Positions 1 to 9,823 of a stretch of 64,000 bases of DNA are shown here, piece after piece. The notes below the pieces were generated by a model. That model did no database searches. It was not told the DNA's origin and saw only the letters and a program-made list of their open reading frames with translations. The first letter of the stretch is position 1; the number at the start of each line of letters is the position of its first letter. A program made the position numbers and the translations under genes. Source of the stretch: a virus (taxonomy: Duplodnaviria; Heunggongvirae; Uroviricota; Caudoviricetes); IMG/VR virus record IMGVR_UViG_3300029696_000106, positions 1-64,000 of that record; one strand, 5' to 3'.

Positions 1-463
1 GCTTTCTCGCCCTGCCTGCAATCTGAAGGTCAGAATCACTCCCCAGATATGCCTGTATCGGGTCAATGACCACCAACCTTGGACGAAATTGTATAATCGC
101 CTTTCTGATACGTTCATCATCCAGCGTCAAGCCACTGTTCATTTCTTCATTTATAAAAGCTACATTCCTACAATCTGCTCCACACGTTTCCAATCTCGGC
201 TTGATGGTGTCTGAAGCATCATCTTCCGAACACTGGTAAATGACTTTCTGAGGCATTCCAATAGACTTTCCATCCGGCATAGTTCCACCCTTTGATAATT
301 CTGCAATCAGATTCATCATCATGGTAGACTTTCCATCGCCGGGGTCGCCTTGCAGCAATGTGATCTTCCCGACTGCAATGAACGGATACCACAGCCAGCG
401 AACAGCTGTTGCTTCTACATCACTATATAATGTGAAAATTCCTGTTTCCTCTTTGCCTGTCAT
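1..463 (-). CDS. AAA-family ATPase (RepA/AAA_25-like), 5' part only; the ORF runs off the window edge
   Basis: Minus-strand reading from ATG at 463 gives MTGKEETGIF...GKITLLQGDPGDGKSTMMMNL, with a Walker A P-loop; no stop before position 1; it is absent from the ORF track because it is open-ended. Confidence 0.55.
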   Translation of the reverse strand, partial: MTGKEETGIFTLYSDVEATAVRWLWYPFIAVGKITLLQGDPGDGKSTMMMNLIAELSKGGTMPDGKSIGMPQKVIYQCSEDDASDTIKPRLETCGADCRNVAFINEEMNSGLTLDDERIRKAIIQFRPRLVVIDPIQAYLGSDSDLQIAGRARK

Positions 464-529
464 TCCCTTTACCTTTCATTTGCAGTCTTTTACTACATTT
501 ATATTATAAGAGCTGCATGACATTTTGAC

Positions 530-582
530 TGCTACCTATCATGTAGCACGTTCCATGTTTTGCTACATAGTAGGTAGCAAAA
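530..582. promoter_or_regulatory. Two operator-like palindromes (TGCTAC-N6/7-GTAGCA) in the divergent region between the ATPase and XRE genes
   Basis: Seen directly: TGCTACCTATCATGTAGCA and TTTTGCTACATAGTAGGTAGCAAAA. Confidence 0.3.
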
Positions 583-715
583 TGGCCTTAGACCACACAG
601 CAGATAGGGGTGTGGCATTTTGCGGTCTTAAAAACCTCTCATATTCAGTTGCTATGTATTTTTCTCTGCGGGATAATCGTACCAGCCTTATGCGGGAAAA
701 CATAAGGAGGAACAC

Positions 716-1057
716 ATGGCTATTGATTATGAAGCCTTGGGCAAGCGTATTTCAAATGCCCGCAAACAAATTGGTATCACACAGGAGGCGCTCGGTGAAC
801 AACTTAACATGACCCGTAAACACATCAGTGTTATCGAAACTGCTATCAACCGTCCCAGCCTGGATACCCTGGTTGATATCGCAAATGCACTGAATGTATC
901 TGCAGATGACCTTCTCGTAGACAGCCTGACGCACTCGGCATCTACTGCAGATTCTGAGATTCACCGTCTGCTTTTGGACTGCAATACAACGGAACAGGAA
1001 ATTCTTACCCGCACCGTAAAGGAACTGAAAGCAATTTTGTATGGTTTAGGAATCTGA
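716..1057 (+). CDS. XRE-family helix-turn-helix transcriptional regulator
   Basis: N-terminal ISNARKQIGITQEALGEQLNMTRKHISVIE matches the Cro/C1-type HTH; an RBS AGGAGG lies upstream. Confidence 0.75.
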   Translation: MAIDYEALGKRISNARKQIGITQEALGEQLNMTRKHISVIETAINRPSLDTLVDIANALNVSADDLLVDSLTHSASTADSEIHRLLLDCNTTEQEILTRTVKELKAILYGLGI

Positions 1058-1221
1058 TTTTGTAACTCATTGACCACATAACAAAAGGCCCGCATAAGCC
1101 ACAGCTGCACTTCGGCTCACTCCGGGGTGCTGTCTGTGGTTCATGTGGGCAGGAGCAAAAAAGAAGCCCGCCAGCGTTCCATGTAGGATTTTACACAGTG
1201 CGCCAGCGGGCAGTCATTTAC

Positions 1222-1554
1222 TTACTTTTTCGGCTTAAACTTTGCGCTATAAGCATTTACTGCTGCATCGTGGATAAGCCATCCAAATTTTCTCAAAAAG
1301 TCCAATCGCTCTTCATCAGTCATCCATTTTGCAAGTGTATGAAGAGCTCCCTCGTATCGTTCATTTTCTTTTCCGTTAAAAAACTTACCTCCGGGTCCCT
1401 GCTTAAATCTGACAGGAATCCCATTTTTAATTATCGTCCAGACAGTTGAACCACCATCTGTCTGAAACATGTCCCCAACCATGCCGTCCAGTTCTCCGGC
1501 ATCCATTCTTTTTAGCAGTTCTCTTTCCTCACTCGTCATCTTCATCACCCCCAC
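1222..1554 (-). CDS. hypothetical protein
   Basis: 110-aa ORF with no recognisable motif; start position uncertain. Confidence 0.35.
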   Translation of the reverse strand: MGVMKMTSEERELLKRMDAGELDGMVGDMFQTDGGSTVWTIIKNGIPVRFKQGPGGKFFNGKENERYEGALHTLAKWMTDEERLDFLRKFGWLIHDAAVNAYSAKFKPKK

Positions 1555-2227
1555 AATCCTCTACTTTTATATCTTCCGAATCATACGCTCCCATTGGGTA
1601 TTCCCGAATCCAGCCTTCGATTTTTAATGTGTGGCCACATTCTGGACATTCATAGCAATCTTCAGAATTAAAGCTGTACACAAGATCCGGTCCCATACCA
1701 TTTTCTTTTTCGTAAGAGCTTTCATCATACATGAAGTCCTCAAGGTCAACATTTTCTTCATGACCGCAATGAGGGCATTTGACTGCTCTTTCCAGAGAAA
1801 CCGGCCGATATCCATACATATCCTCGATATCGATAAATTCTTCGCCTGCCGCTTCTTTTTCGCTGATGATGTCCCAATAATGCTGCGTCTGGAAAGTTTC
1901 AAATTCTGCGCTGTCATCCAGAAGGTTATCCAGCATTTTTAAGGCATTCCTCTTTCGTTCAAGTTCATCATTGATATACTGCTTCCGTTCACGGATTGCC
2001 TGTTCAAGATCAATTTCTCCTGCTTGAAGTTTTTTTATATCTCCACAGGTTAAGCCAGATTTTGTAAGGACAACAATCCTCTGCAGATTTTTGAAATCTG
2101 CTTCTGTATAATCCGTTGCCTTGTTTCCCACCGGCGGATGTTCTGGTTTGAAGATACCCTCACGCTTAAAGAGTTTTATGCGCTCTGCATCAATGCCTAA
2201 TTTTTCTTGTATTTCTTTTGGTCTCAT
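1529..2227 (-). CDS. MerR-family HTH regulator with a C-terminal double CxxC zinc ribbon
   Basis: MRPKEIQEKLGIDAERIKLFKREGIF is a MerR-type HTH; CPHCG...CPECG near the C-terminus; RBS AGGAGG 8 nt upstream of the ATG at 2227. Confidence 0.6.
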   Translation of the reverse strand: MRPKEIQEKLGIDAERIKLFKREGIFKPEHPPVGNKATDYTEADFKNLQRIVVLTKSGLTCGDIKKLQAGEIDLEQAIRERKQYINDELERKRNALKMLDNLLDDSAEFETFQTQHYWDIISEKEAAGEEFIDIEDMYGYRPVSLERAVKCPHCGHEENVDLEDFMYDESSYEKENGMGPDLVYSFNSEDCYECPECGHTLKIEGWIREYPMGAYDSEDIKVEDCGGDEDDE

Positions 2228-2337
2228 AACATTCGACCTCCTTTCTGAAACCGAGTATAGCACATAGGGACTTTGTCCCCGTCAAGCCCTAAATATCATT
2301 TTTTCTAGTTTTAAGGATACTCGATTCCAGTTTTATT

Positions 2338-2751
2338 TCAAAGCTTTTCTAAATGATTTGTATATTTCAGGCTTCGATATGCATCTCCAATAAAATTCAC
2401 AAATTCCGGACTCATTGTCTCAACCATACTCTTTCCCTCTACATTCTGCAAAACAGTAATACTGACTCCGGACATATCATCTTCCCTTACTTCCAGTTCT
2501 CGTATCGAATCCGCCACAGCCTCATCGATGAACGCAGCGAACTTTGCCCCATCAACATGACTTTGCACTGGCATCGGTGCGCCGCCTTCACCGAACAGCT
2601 GTATCACCTTCGGGTCAATGATGCTCTCCACCTTTTTCAATGCTTCTTTCTCTGACATCCGCCTCAGATAGCCTTTCATTGCACTTGCCACAATGATCTC
2701 CATCACTGTTGTTCCATAATCCTCAACGGACAGCCAAGCTAACTTTTTCAT
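2338..2751 (-). CDS. hypothetical protein
   Basis: Start refined to MKKLAWL, preceded by AGGAGTGATTGAC. Confidence 0.45.
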   Translation of the reverse strand: MKKLAWLSVEDYGTTVMEIIVASAMKGYLRRMSEKEALKKVESIIDPKVIQLFGEGGAPMPVQSHVDGAKFAAFIDEAVADSIRELEVREDDMSGVSITVLQNVEGKSMVETMSPEFVNFIGDAYRSLKYTNHLEKL

Positions 2752-2899
2752 GTCAATCACTCCTGCTATGTGTATTTCTGTATCCTCACCATATACCAAA
2801 ACTCTGCACATAGCAATATGTACGATAAAAAATCCGTACAAAGCAAAAAAGGGCCCTGCCGGTATGCATTTCCACACATCCGACAGGGCATTCTTTCCT

Positions 2900-5197
2900 T
2901 TATACAGCCTGCTCTCGTTTTGCTTTACTTCTCAGATATCTTCGGTACTGAACTGTGTTGTCATATACCCGGTACGGGGCATCAACCAGAGTCACCAGCC
3001 CGTCAAGACTGCATTTCTTAAATCCCAGAAAACTGGTCAGTGTCCTCTGATTTCCACAGGTGGGCAGCGTTACACCAAAATTCGTTTCATAAAGTACGAT
3101 GTCGCCTTTCACCGTTCCCTTTTTCATAAAAGCGCAGTAGATACCTTTTTCAAAATGGAGCAGGTCCGGTGCTTCCGCGATCCTCTCCGGCGTCATCTTC
3201 AATCGTCCTCTGTTCAAACTGGCGACCGCACCGTCAACCGGCTTTCCATCCACATCCCGAAACAGGCTGCCCTGCACATCCAGCCCATTCACCTTCAGCG
3301 GCATACCGGCGGCATTCTGTTCCGGCAGTTCTTTCAGGCAGGCAATGAAAAGGTCAAAATTCTTCTTCATAACCGTAAGGGCTCCCTGTTCCTGGCTCAG
3401 CGTTTCTTTTTCCTTTCGGAAACTCTCAATTCGCTGCCGGATATCCTTTGCCAGACTTGCATAGGCTTCGATTTCAGACCCTTCTTCATAGTCAGCATGG
3501 TAGAAGCTCGTACCAATATCATTTCCCGTCAGCCCATTTCGGATATCACTGTCAATCTCGTCCAATGTGATGTTGCCCTCCGCCAGTGATTCATTCAGTT
3601 CCAAATTCTGCTCCAGCACCGCATCCCGCATGGCCGTAACCTGACGGCCGATCGTCTCCTGCAGTTTTTCTTCCAGTTCCTTGATCTGGGCATCCAGCGT
3701 TTCCAGTCTTTCCACCGATACGCTGTTTCCTTTCATCTGCTGATACATCTGTTCACAGGCTTTATGAAAAAGTGTGCTGATTTCCGAAGCTTCATGATTT
3801 TTCTCATAATCCCGTTTCAGACGGTACAGCATTTCCATAAAGCTCTGCTCCAAGGCACATTCATGGATGCTTTCCGAAGGGCATCTTTCATTTGCTGCTT
3901 TTCTCTCGGCATCCGACAATCTCCCGTGTTTTTCCCTGCAGTACCGCTTCTGGTCCGGTGTGCCATTCTGTCTGGGCTTTTCGCCCTCACGCTTTCCCAT
4001 CTTCTGTTTGCACCGCCACACGGGATAAGCATATGCGTATTTTTCAAGGTAGATATCCGTATCGCCACCAGTTGCTGCAATGCTTCGGTCATCCGTGTAC
4101 CCGGTTGCCACACCTGTATAGGTCACACGGAAGAATCCCTCACCGCATTCTTTTCCGGCTCTTTCTCCATGTTCAAGAACCGCACCGCAAACTAGATTTC
4201 CAAATGGCGAGCCGGTGTATCCTCTCTTCTTCTTTTGAGCCGATACCGAATCTCCGACCTTGCTGGGCTTTTCATAAAGCATCGTCTGAGCCTTGTCCCA
4301 TGTACTGCGGTCAATGATGCCAACATGATGGTTTTCTACATAATAGCGAGGTGCCTCACCTTTGTTGATCGTGGACCGATGGGTCAGGAAATCCTTTGTG
4401 ATGGTCTTCTGCATCTCAATGTCACCCACATATTTTTCATTCCGAAGAACTGTGAGCACAGAACTTGCCGACCAGTTCTTTTTGTTCACCGTCTTTCTGC
4501 CAAGTTCATTCAGCTCCTTTGCAATACGGTTTGCCGTCTGTCCACATACATACCGTTCAAAAATATAGCGGACTGTTTTTGCCTGCTCCGGATTGATCAC
4601 CCACTCGCCGTTGGCACCCTTGTCGTATCCCAGCATCCGGTTCAGATCCACCTTGGGCTTGCCTGCCTGGAAATTCTTCTGGATTGACCAGCGGATGTTG
4701 TCCGAAATGGAACGGCTCTCATCCTGGGCCAGTGCGGAAAGAATGGTAAGGATCAATTCACCAGTCGCATCCAGCGTGTCGATATTCTCTTTTTCAAAGT
4801 AAACACCAACCGGCGGATTCTGCTGCCGAAGCTGGCGGACACAATTCAAGGTGTCCACCGTGTTTCTGGCAAATCGTGAAATCGACTTGGTCACGATATA
4901 ATCCAGCTTTCCGTCCAGGGCATCTGCCATCATGCGGTTAAAATCCTCACGGTGTTCCCTGCTGGTTCCTGATTTTGCCTCATCTGCATAAATGCCTGCA
5001 AATCTCCATCCGGGTTTGTTCGTGATCAGATTTGTGTAAAACGCTTTCTGTGTAGTGTAGGAAGTCTGCTGGCTTTCATCCCCCGTGGAGACTCGACAGT
5101 ATGCCGCCACACGGATATTGCTCTGCACCTTCAGCTGACCACCATTATGCACCGACCGCTTTGTAGCCGGTATCACTTCTACTTTTTTCTGTGTCAT
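2900..5197 (-). CDS. large serine recombinase (resolvase catalytic domain, recombinase domain, zinc-ribbon)
   Basis: VAAYCRVSTGDE catalytic Ser motif; KSISRFARNTVD; 765 aa. Confidence 0.85.
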   Translation of the reverse strand: MTQKKVEVIPATKRSVHNGGQLKVQSNIRVAAYCRVSTGDESQQTSYTTQKAFYTNLITNKPGWRFAGIYADEAKSGTSREHREDFNRMMADALDGKLDYIVTKSISRFARNTVDTLNCVRQLRQQNPPVGVYFEKENIDTLDATGELILTILSALAQDESRSISDNIRWSIQKNFQAGKPKVDLNRMLGYDKGANGEWVINPEQAKTVRYIFERYVCGQTANRIAKELNELGRKTVNKKNWSASSVLTVLRNEKYVGDIEMQKTITKDFLTHRSTINKGEAPRYYVENHHVGIIDRSTWDKAQTMLYEKPSKVGDSVSAQKKKRGYTGSPFGNLVCGAVLEHGERAGKECGEGFFRVTYTGVATGYTDDRSIAATGGDTDIYLEKYAYAYPVWRCKQKMGKREGEKPRQNGTPDQKRYCREKHGRLSDAERKAANERCPSESIHECALEQSFMEMLYRLKRDYEKNHEASEISTLFHKACEQMYQQMKGNSVSVERLETLDAQIKELEEKLQETIGRQVTAMRDAVLEQNLELNESLAEGNITLDEIDSDIRNGLTGNDIGTSFYHADYEEGSEIEAYASLAKDIRQRIESFRKEKETLSQEQGALTVMKKNFDLFIACLKELPEQNAAGMPLKVNGLDVQGSLFRDVDGKPVDGAVASLNRGRLKMTPERIAEAPDLLHFEKGIYCAFMKKGTVKGDIVLYETNFGVTLPTCGNQRTLTSFLGFKKCSLDGLVTLVDAPYRVYDNTVQYRRYLRSKAKREQAV

Positions 5198-5216
5198 ATG
5201 CTCTCCTCCGTTTCCT

Positions 5217-7208
5217 TCATATCTTTTTTCCGTTCCGACGCTTTCTATACTCTACTTGAACCGGTTCTCCAAGGATCTCTGCTTCATTCTCCGCAAACTT
5301 TGGTTTTCCATCTTTGCCATATACCCGATAATCCTTGAAGTCCTTTATAGTCCTTCTGGCTCCTGAAGCGATAAATTCCATTCCGTAAATGGTCCGGTAA
5401 TGGATCACATCTCCGTCCACTCTGCCAGATTCAATATTTACGGCATACATTTCCCGGCTGAAGGTTAGCATATCTGGTGTACTCAAGAACACACCCGATT
5501 CCGTCCACTGCGGTTCTTTATCATCCAGACCATGCACCACTAGCTTCTGTCCATAGCGGTTTTGCTCCGGCAGGGCCAGCAGTTCCTCCAGAAAATATTC
5601 GTACCTCTTTTTCAGAATGATACCGCCTTCACTGCTTTCTTCCAAAATGTGTAGTTCGTTTTCCAGTTCTTCTTTCCGCTTCAGAATATCCTTCAGCAGT
5701 TCATTGTACATTGCCTCGGCACTTCCGGCCGCAGGTGTGTAAACACCATCCACACGCTGTTGATCCATCCCCTCCATAATAGCGTCCATCTGAATGCTCC
5801 CATCCCGAATGGACTCCTGTAAGCTCTCCTGCAGGAAAACCCGTTCCTGCTCTGCCATTTTCTTCTGTGCTTCCATCTGCTTTTTCATAAGGCGTTTACA
5901 TTCCTGTTCCAGCTTCTGAAGCAGTTCCCTGAGTTCCAAAATCCGTCCTGAATGGTCTTCCGGCTCCCTCTGGCATTCACGGTATTTGACCGCCAGCTCC
6001 GACTGCTCTTTGTTTTCCTCGTAATCCCGTTTCAAGCGGTAAAGCATCTCCATAAAGCCTTGTTCAATAGCGACCTCATAAAGCTCCTCTGTGCAGTCTT
6101 TATCCGAACAGCGCATCTTCCCAACACCATAAATCGCAAGTCCCTGCCGTTCCTTGGTATCTTCAATGGACTCTGCATCCACCCAGTATGCGGCAATCTT
6201 TCTCCTCTTGTGGACCATCGTCTTTCCGCACGCTGGACACGAAAGGTTTACATAGCAGATATTGAGAGGATCACGGCTTAGTAGCGGCGGCCTCCGTTTC
6301 ATTTCACTTTGCACGATCAACCAGGTTGCCCGGTCGACGATCGGTGCGTGGTGGTCCCTGATGTAATACTTTGGAAGCTGCCCTCTGTTCGGAACCGCCT
6401 TATGGGAAAGAAAATTGCTGGTCACATATTTCTGCATTTCCAAATCGCCCACATACTTCTCATTTAGGATCACATTCGAGAAGCTGCTGGGGTTCCAGTC
6501 CGTGCCAGATACCGTTTTCCAGCCTCGCTCGTTCATCTCTTTAATGATAGTTGCACGGCCGGCTCCGCAGGCATATCTCCGAAAAAGGTAACGCACCGGT
6601 TCCGCCTGCTCTTCATTGATGATCCATTCTCCGTTTTCCCCTTTGTCATATCCGATCATCCGGCTTAGATGGACCATCGGCTTCCCTTCCTGGAACCGCT
6701 TCTGATAAGACCAGTGGATGTTATCCGAAATGGAATGGCTTTCTTCCTGGGCAAGTGCGGAGTAAATGGTCAGGATCACCTCACTGGTGGAATCCAGAGT
6801 GTTGATGTTTTCCTTTTCAAAAAAGATGCCCACAGGAGGTGTCAGCTGTTTCAGCTGTCTTGCGCAGTCGAGGGTGTCCACGGTATTCCTTGCGAATCTC
6901 GATATGGATTTTGTGACTATTAAATCGATTTTCCCATTTCTCGCATCCTCCAGCATCTGGTTGAACTCATCCCTATGCAGGCGGCTTGTTCCGGTGATTC
7001 CCTCATCTGCATAAATTCCTGCGAATGTCCAGCCCGGATGCCGCTGTATCATATCCGTGTAGAATGCCTTCTGGGTCCGGTAGGACGTTTTCTGTTCATC
7101 TGAATCTGTGGATACTCTGCAGTAAGCTGCCACCCTTAACCCCTTCGGCTTTTCCTGGGCAGCCTTTTGAGCCGCCGCTTCCTTTATCAATCGTAAAACC
7201 TCTGACAT
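5217..7208 (-). CDS. large serine recombinase, paralogue 2
   Basis: VAAYCRVSTDSDEQ; KSISRFARNTVDTLD; CPACG zinc ribbon; 663 aa. Confidence 0.85.
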   Translation of the reverse strand: MSEVLRLIKEAAAQKAAQEKPKGLRVAAYCRVSTDSDEQKTSYRTQKAFYTDMIQRHPGWTFAGIYADEGITGTSRLHRDEFNQMLEDARNGKIDLIVTKSISRFARNTVDTLDCARQLKQLTPPVGIFFEKENINTLDSTSEVILTIYSALAQEESHSISDNIHWSYQKRFQEGKPMVHLSRMIGYDKGENGEWIINEEQAEPVRYLFRRYACGAGRATIIKEMNERGWKTVSGTDWNPSSFSNVILNEKYVGDLEMQKYVTSNFLSHKAVPNRGQLPKYYIRDHHAPIVDRATWLIVQSEMKRRPPLLSRDPLNICYVNLSCPACGKTMVHKRRKIAAYWVDAESIEDTKERQGLAIYGVGKMRCSDKDCTEELYEVAIEQGFMEMLYRLKRDYEENKEQSELAVKYRECQREPEDHSGRILELRELLQKLEQECKRLMKKQMEAQKKMAEQERVFLQESLQESIRDGSIQMDAIMEGMDQQRVDGVYTPAAGSAEAMYNELLKDILKRKEELENELHILEESSEGGIILKKRYEYFLEELLALPEQNRYGQKLVVHGLDDKEPQWTESGVFLSTPDMLTFSREMYAVNIESGRVDGDVIHYRTIYGMEFIASGARRTIKDFKDYRVYGKDGKPKFAENEAEILGEPVQVEYRKRRNGKKI

Positions 7209-7214
7209 TTTTCC

Positions 7215-9644
7215 TCACCCTTTCTTTACATATTTTTTCCGGTAGCAGTTATCCCGCATGGCCTGTCCGTCAAAATAAGATGCCGTATACCGGTAATCTT
7301 CTATATTACTGTACATGACAACCTCTGTCCTTGTGTCATCATACCAGTGAACCGTATAGTTCAACGGGGAATGGACCGTAATAGAAAGGACAAATGCCTT
7401 GCAGTAATCTGAGGTCACTCCATTCAAAAACTGCACCACGCCATCCCTTCCTTTCGGAAGTTCCTTCATCCATTCAATTGCCCGTTCTCTTCTCTCGTGG
7501 TCAGTCTCCAAATCCTCCCAGTACCCTTCCAGATACTCCAACCGTTCTTCCAGATGCTTTTTCTCATCCATATCCCGGTCAAGTTTTTCTTTCAACCTTC
7601 TGATTTTCTCAGCATTGCTCTGAATGACTGCCTCGTCGATGCTCTCATCTCCCAGCAGTTCACGTCTGGTCTGCATCACATCGTTCTGGCTTTCCAGAAG
7701 GCGCAGTTTTTTCCCACTGCTTTCCATTCCAATCTGGAGGGTGGCAATCTGCCGTTTGTAAAAAGCACGGTCCCGTTCCATAAAATCAGTGTGCTGGATA
7801 TTCTCCAGTCTTTTGATCATCTGCGGAACAAAGTCATCAGCTTCCTTTGTAAAACCTTCAAACTGCTCTCCGTAACGGCCGCTCATGATATCTGCCACTC
7901 CCACATTGTCATGAATTGGCTGTGTGCTCAGCCGGAATCGTTCAATGATTGCTTTACGGAAAGCCCTCACAATCTGCTCTTCATAGATTTTCTCGCAGTG
8001 GCAGATTCTCTTTCCATTATCAATCTCAGCTGTTGGGCAGTACCAGATAGGATAGTTTTTTGAATTTCTCACTCGGAAGAATCTGCCGCATTCTCCACAC
8101 AGGATCCTTCTTGAAAATGGCTTTGATCCTTTCTTTACTCCCTTCTCTTTCTTGGCGGCATTGGCTCTGCGGATTTCCTGAACAGTTTCAAACAGTTCTT
8201 CGTCTATAATCGCCGGATGGTGGTTTTTTACCAGATACTGCGGAAGTTCTCCATTATTCCGCTGGGTGTTATGGTTCAGAAAGTCCACGGTGAATTTTTT
8301 CTGGATCAGGACAGCTCCCGTATATCGTTCCCTTTGTATCATCTGAGAGATAATCCTTCCAGTCCATCCTTCTTCCAGATCACTGTTCAGCTGTCCTTTC
8401 TTTGAGTTCTTTTTTCTGGCTTTGACCGCCACGGTCTCAGGAGCTGGAATCCGGTCAAAATTCAAACCTCTGGCAACATCTGTATAGGCAGTACCCTCTG
8501 CCACCTCCTGAAAAATCCGGCGCACGATTTTTGCTTCTTCTTCCACAATTTCGATATCCCTATACTGATATCCACTTTCTGTCGTGACCATCTTTCCATT
8601 GTAGCGATACCCATATATGACCATGTTCTTTACCTCACCTCTCGGATAGCGCATCTTATTTCCAAGATTGATGTTTCTGGAAATACTCCGGCTTTCTTCT
8701 TGGGCAATCGCCGCAAGTGTCGTAAGAATGAAATCACTGGTCGGATCAGCTGTGTCCAGATTTTCTTTCTCAAAAAGGATCGTCACATTGTTGTCATGCA
8801 AAATATTAAGGGCGGTCATAAAATCCGCCGTATTTCTGGAGAAACGGGAAATCGACTTGCATACAATACGGTCTATTTTCCCTTCCCTGCAGTGCCGCAG
8901 AAGTCTTTTGAATCCAACACGCTTATCCTTGACCGTTCCTGAAATTCCATAATCGGAGTAAACCCCGATTGAATTCCAGTCTGGATTGTTTTCGATCAGC
9001 TGATGAAAATACCGTTCCTGCGTTTCGTAGGAGTTTTCCTGGTCACTGGAATCAGTGGAAACTCGAATGTAAGCGGCTACGTTCAGATGCCCTTCCTTTT
9101 CCTTTGTCCTGCGAAAAGAAGCTGTGGAAATAAATTCATTTTCTTCTTTCATTGCTTCTGCCTGTGGCTGGAAGACCGCCTCGAACTCACTTCTCAGCCC
9201 ACCGACCCGTTCCATAACAGGAACTGCCTGCTGCATTTTCTCCTTTGCAGCCAACGCCTTCTGGATCAGGGAAGCAATTCCGGCATCTCCGTTTTCCTTG
9301 GATTCGGATAACGGCAACTTTGTCTTTTTCTCTTTTTGTTTGGTAGACATCTCTTGGCGCACAACGCTTTCCTGCAAAAAAGAAGATGCAGCCGCCTTCT
9401 TATCAGATAGATCAGCTGCACCACTTTTTTCCTTCACCGCTTCATGGGATTTCTTTTCCTGCACAGGCATCTGAGTCACAGATGTGGTTTCCGGCAGGAC
9501 AGATTCGCCCTGTCCGGTCGCTGCCATCAACATCTTTGAAAGCTCGGCTGCTGAAGCATTCGGGCGGCTTTTCTGTTTCTGCTGTACGGTACTTTTGACC
9601 GTTGCGCTCTGCAGTTTCTGCAAAAAATCATTTGCTGTACTCAT
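7215..9644 (-). CDS. large serine recombinase, paralogue 3, with a ~190-aa low-complexity N-terminal extension
   Basis: Catalytic motif VAAYIRVSTDSSDQ only at about residue 195; KSISRFSRNTADF; CGECG zinc ribbon. Confidence 0.8.
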   Translation of the reverse strand: MSTANDFLQKLQSATVKSTVQQKQKSRPNASAAELSKMLMAATGQGESVLPETTSVTQMPVQEKKSHEAVKEKSGAADLSDKKAAASSFLQESVVRQEMSTKQKEKKTKLPLSESKENGDAGIASLIQKALAAKEKMQQAVPVMERVGGLRSEFEAVFQPQAEAMKEENEFISTASFRRTKEKEGHLNVAAYIRVSTDSSDQENSYETQERYFHQLIENNPDWNSIGVYSDYGISGTVKDKRVGFKRLLRHCREGKIDRIVCKSISRFSRNTADFMTALNILHDNNVTILFEKENLDTADPTSDFILTTLAAIAQEESRSISRNINLGNKMRYPRGEVKNMVIYGYRYNGKMVTTESGYQYRDIEIVEEEAKIVRRIFQEVAEGTAYTDVARGLNFDRIPAPETVAVKARKKNSKKGQLNSDLEEGWTGRIISQMIQRERYTGAVLIQKKFTVDFLNHNTQRNNGELPQYLVKNHHPAIIDEELFETVQEIRRANAAKKEKGVKKGSKPFSRRILCGECGRFFRVRNSKNYPIWYCPTAEIDNGKRICHCEKIYEEQIVRAFRKAIIERFRLSTQPIHDNVGVADIMSGRYGEQFEGFTKEADDFVPQMIKRLENIQHTDFMERDRAFYKRQIATLQIGMESSGKKLRLLESQNDVMQTRRELLGDESIDEAVIQSNAEKIRRLKEKLDRDMDEKKHLEERLEYLEGYWEDLETDHERRERAIEWMKELPKGRDGVVQFLNGVTSDYCKAFVLSITVHSPLNYTVHWYDDTRTEVVMYSNIEDYRYTASYFDGQAMRDNCYRKKYVKKG

Positions 9645-9823
9645 CTTGTTCTCTCCTTTCCGCCCATCTGCTTTTCTCTTCGGGCAGTCACATATTCCCT
9701 CTACTGCGTGATATTATCAAGTAAATTCGGTGCAGAAAGACGGAGAATAATTCACCCGATTATTGTCCTATCTGCACCATCCAATATGTAAAGGCCCTGC
9801 CTGAAAAGACAGAGCCGCATCTT

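Noticed and set aside
2750-3589. Long plus-strand ORFs antisense to well-supported minus-strand genes (for example 2750..3589, 12101..12958, 13613..14584, 15684..16766, 23374..24423, 27649..28971, 54010..55521, 56001..57602)
   Set aside because: They overlap recombinase, fibre, TMP, MetK and primase genes that have clear motifs. They have no RBS, and their GC-rich antisense frames lack stops by chance. I treat them as artefacts.
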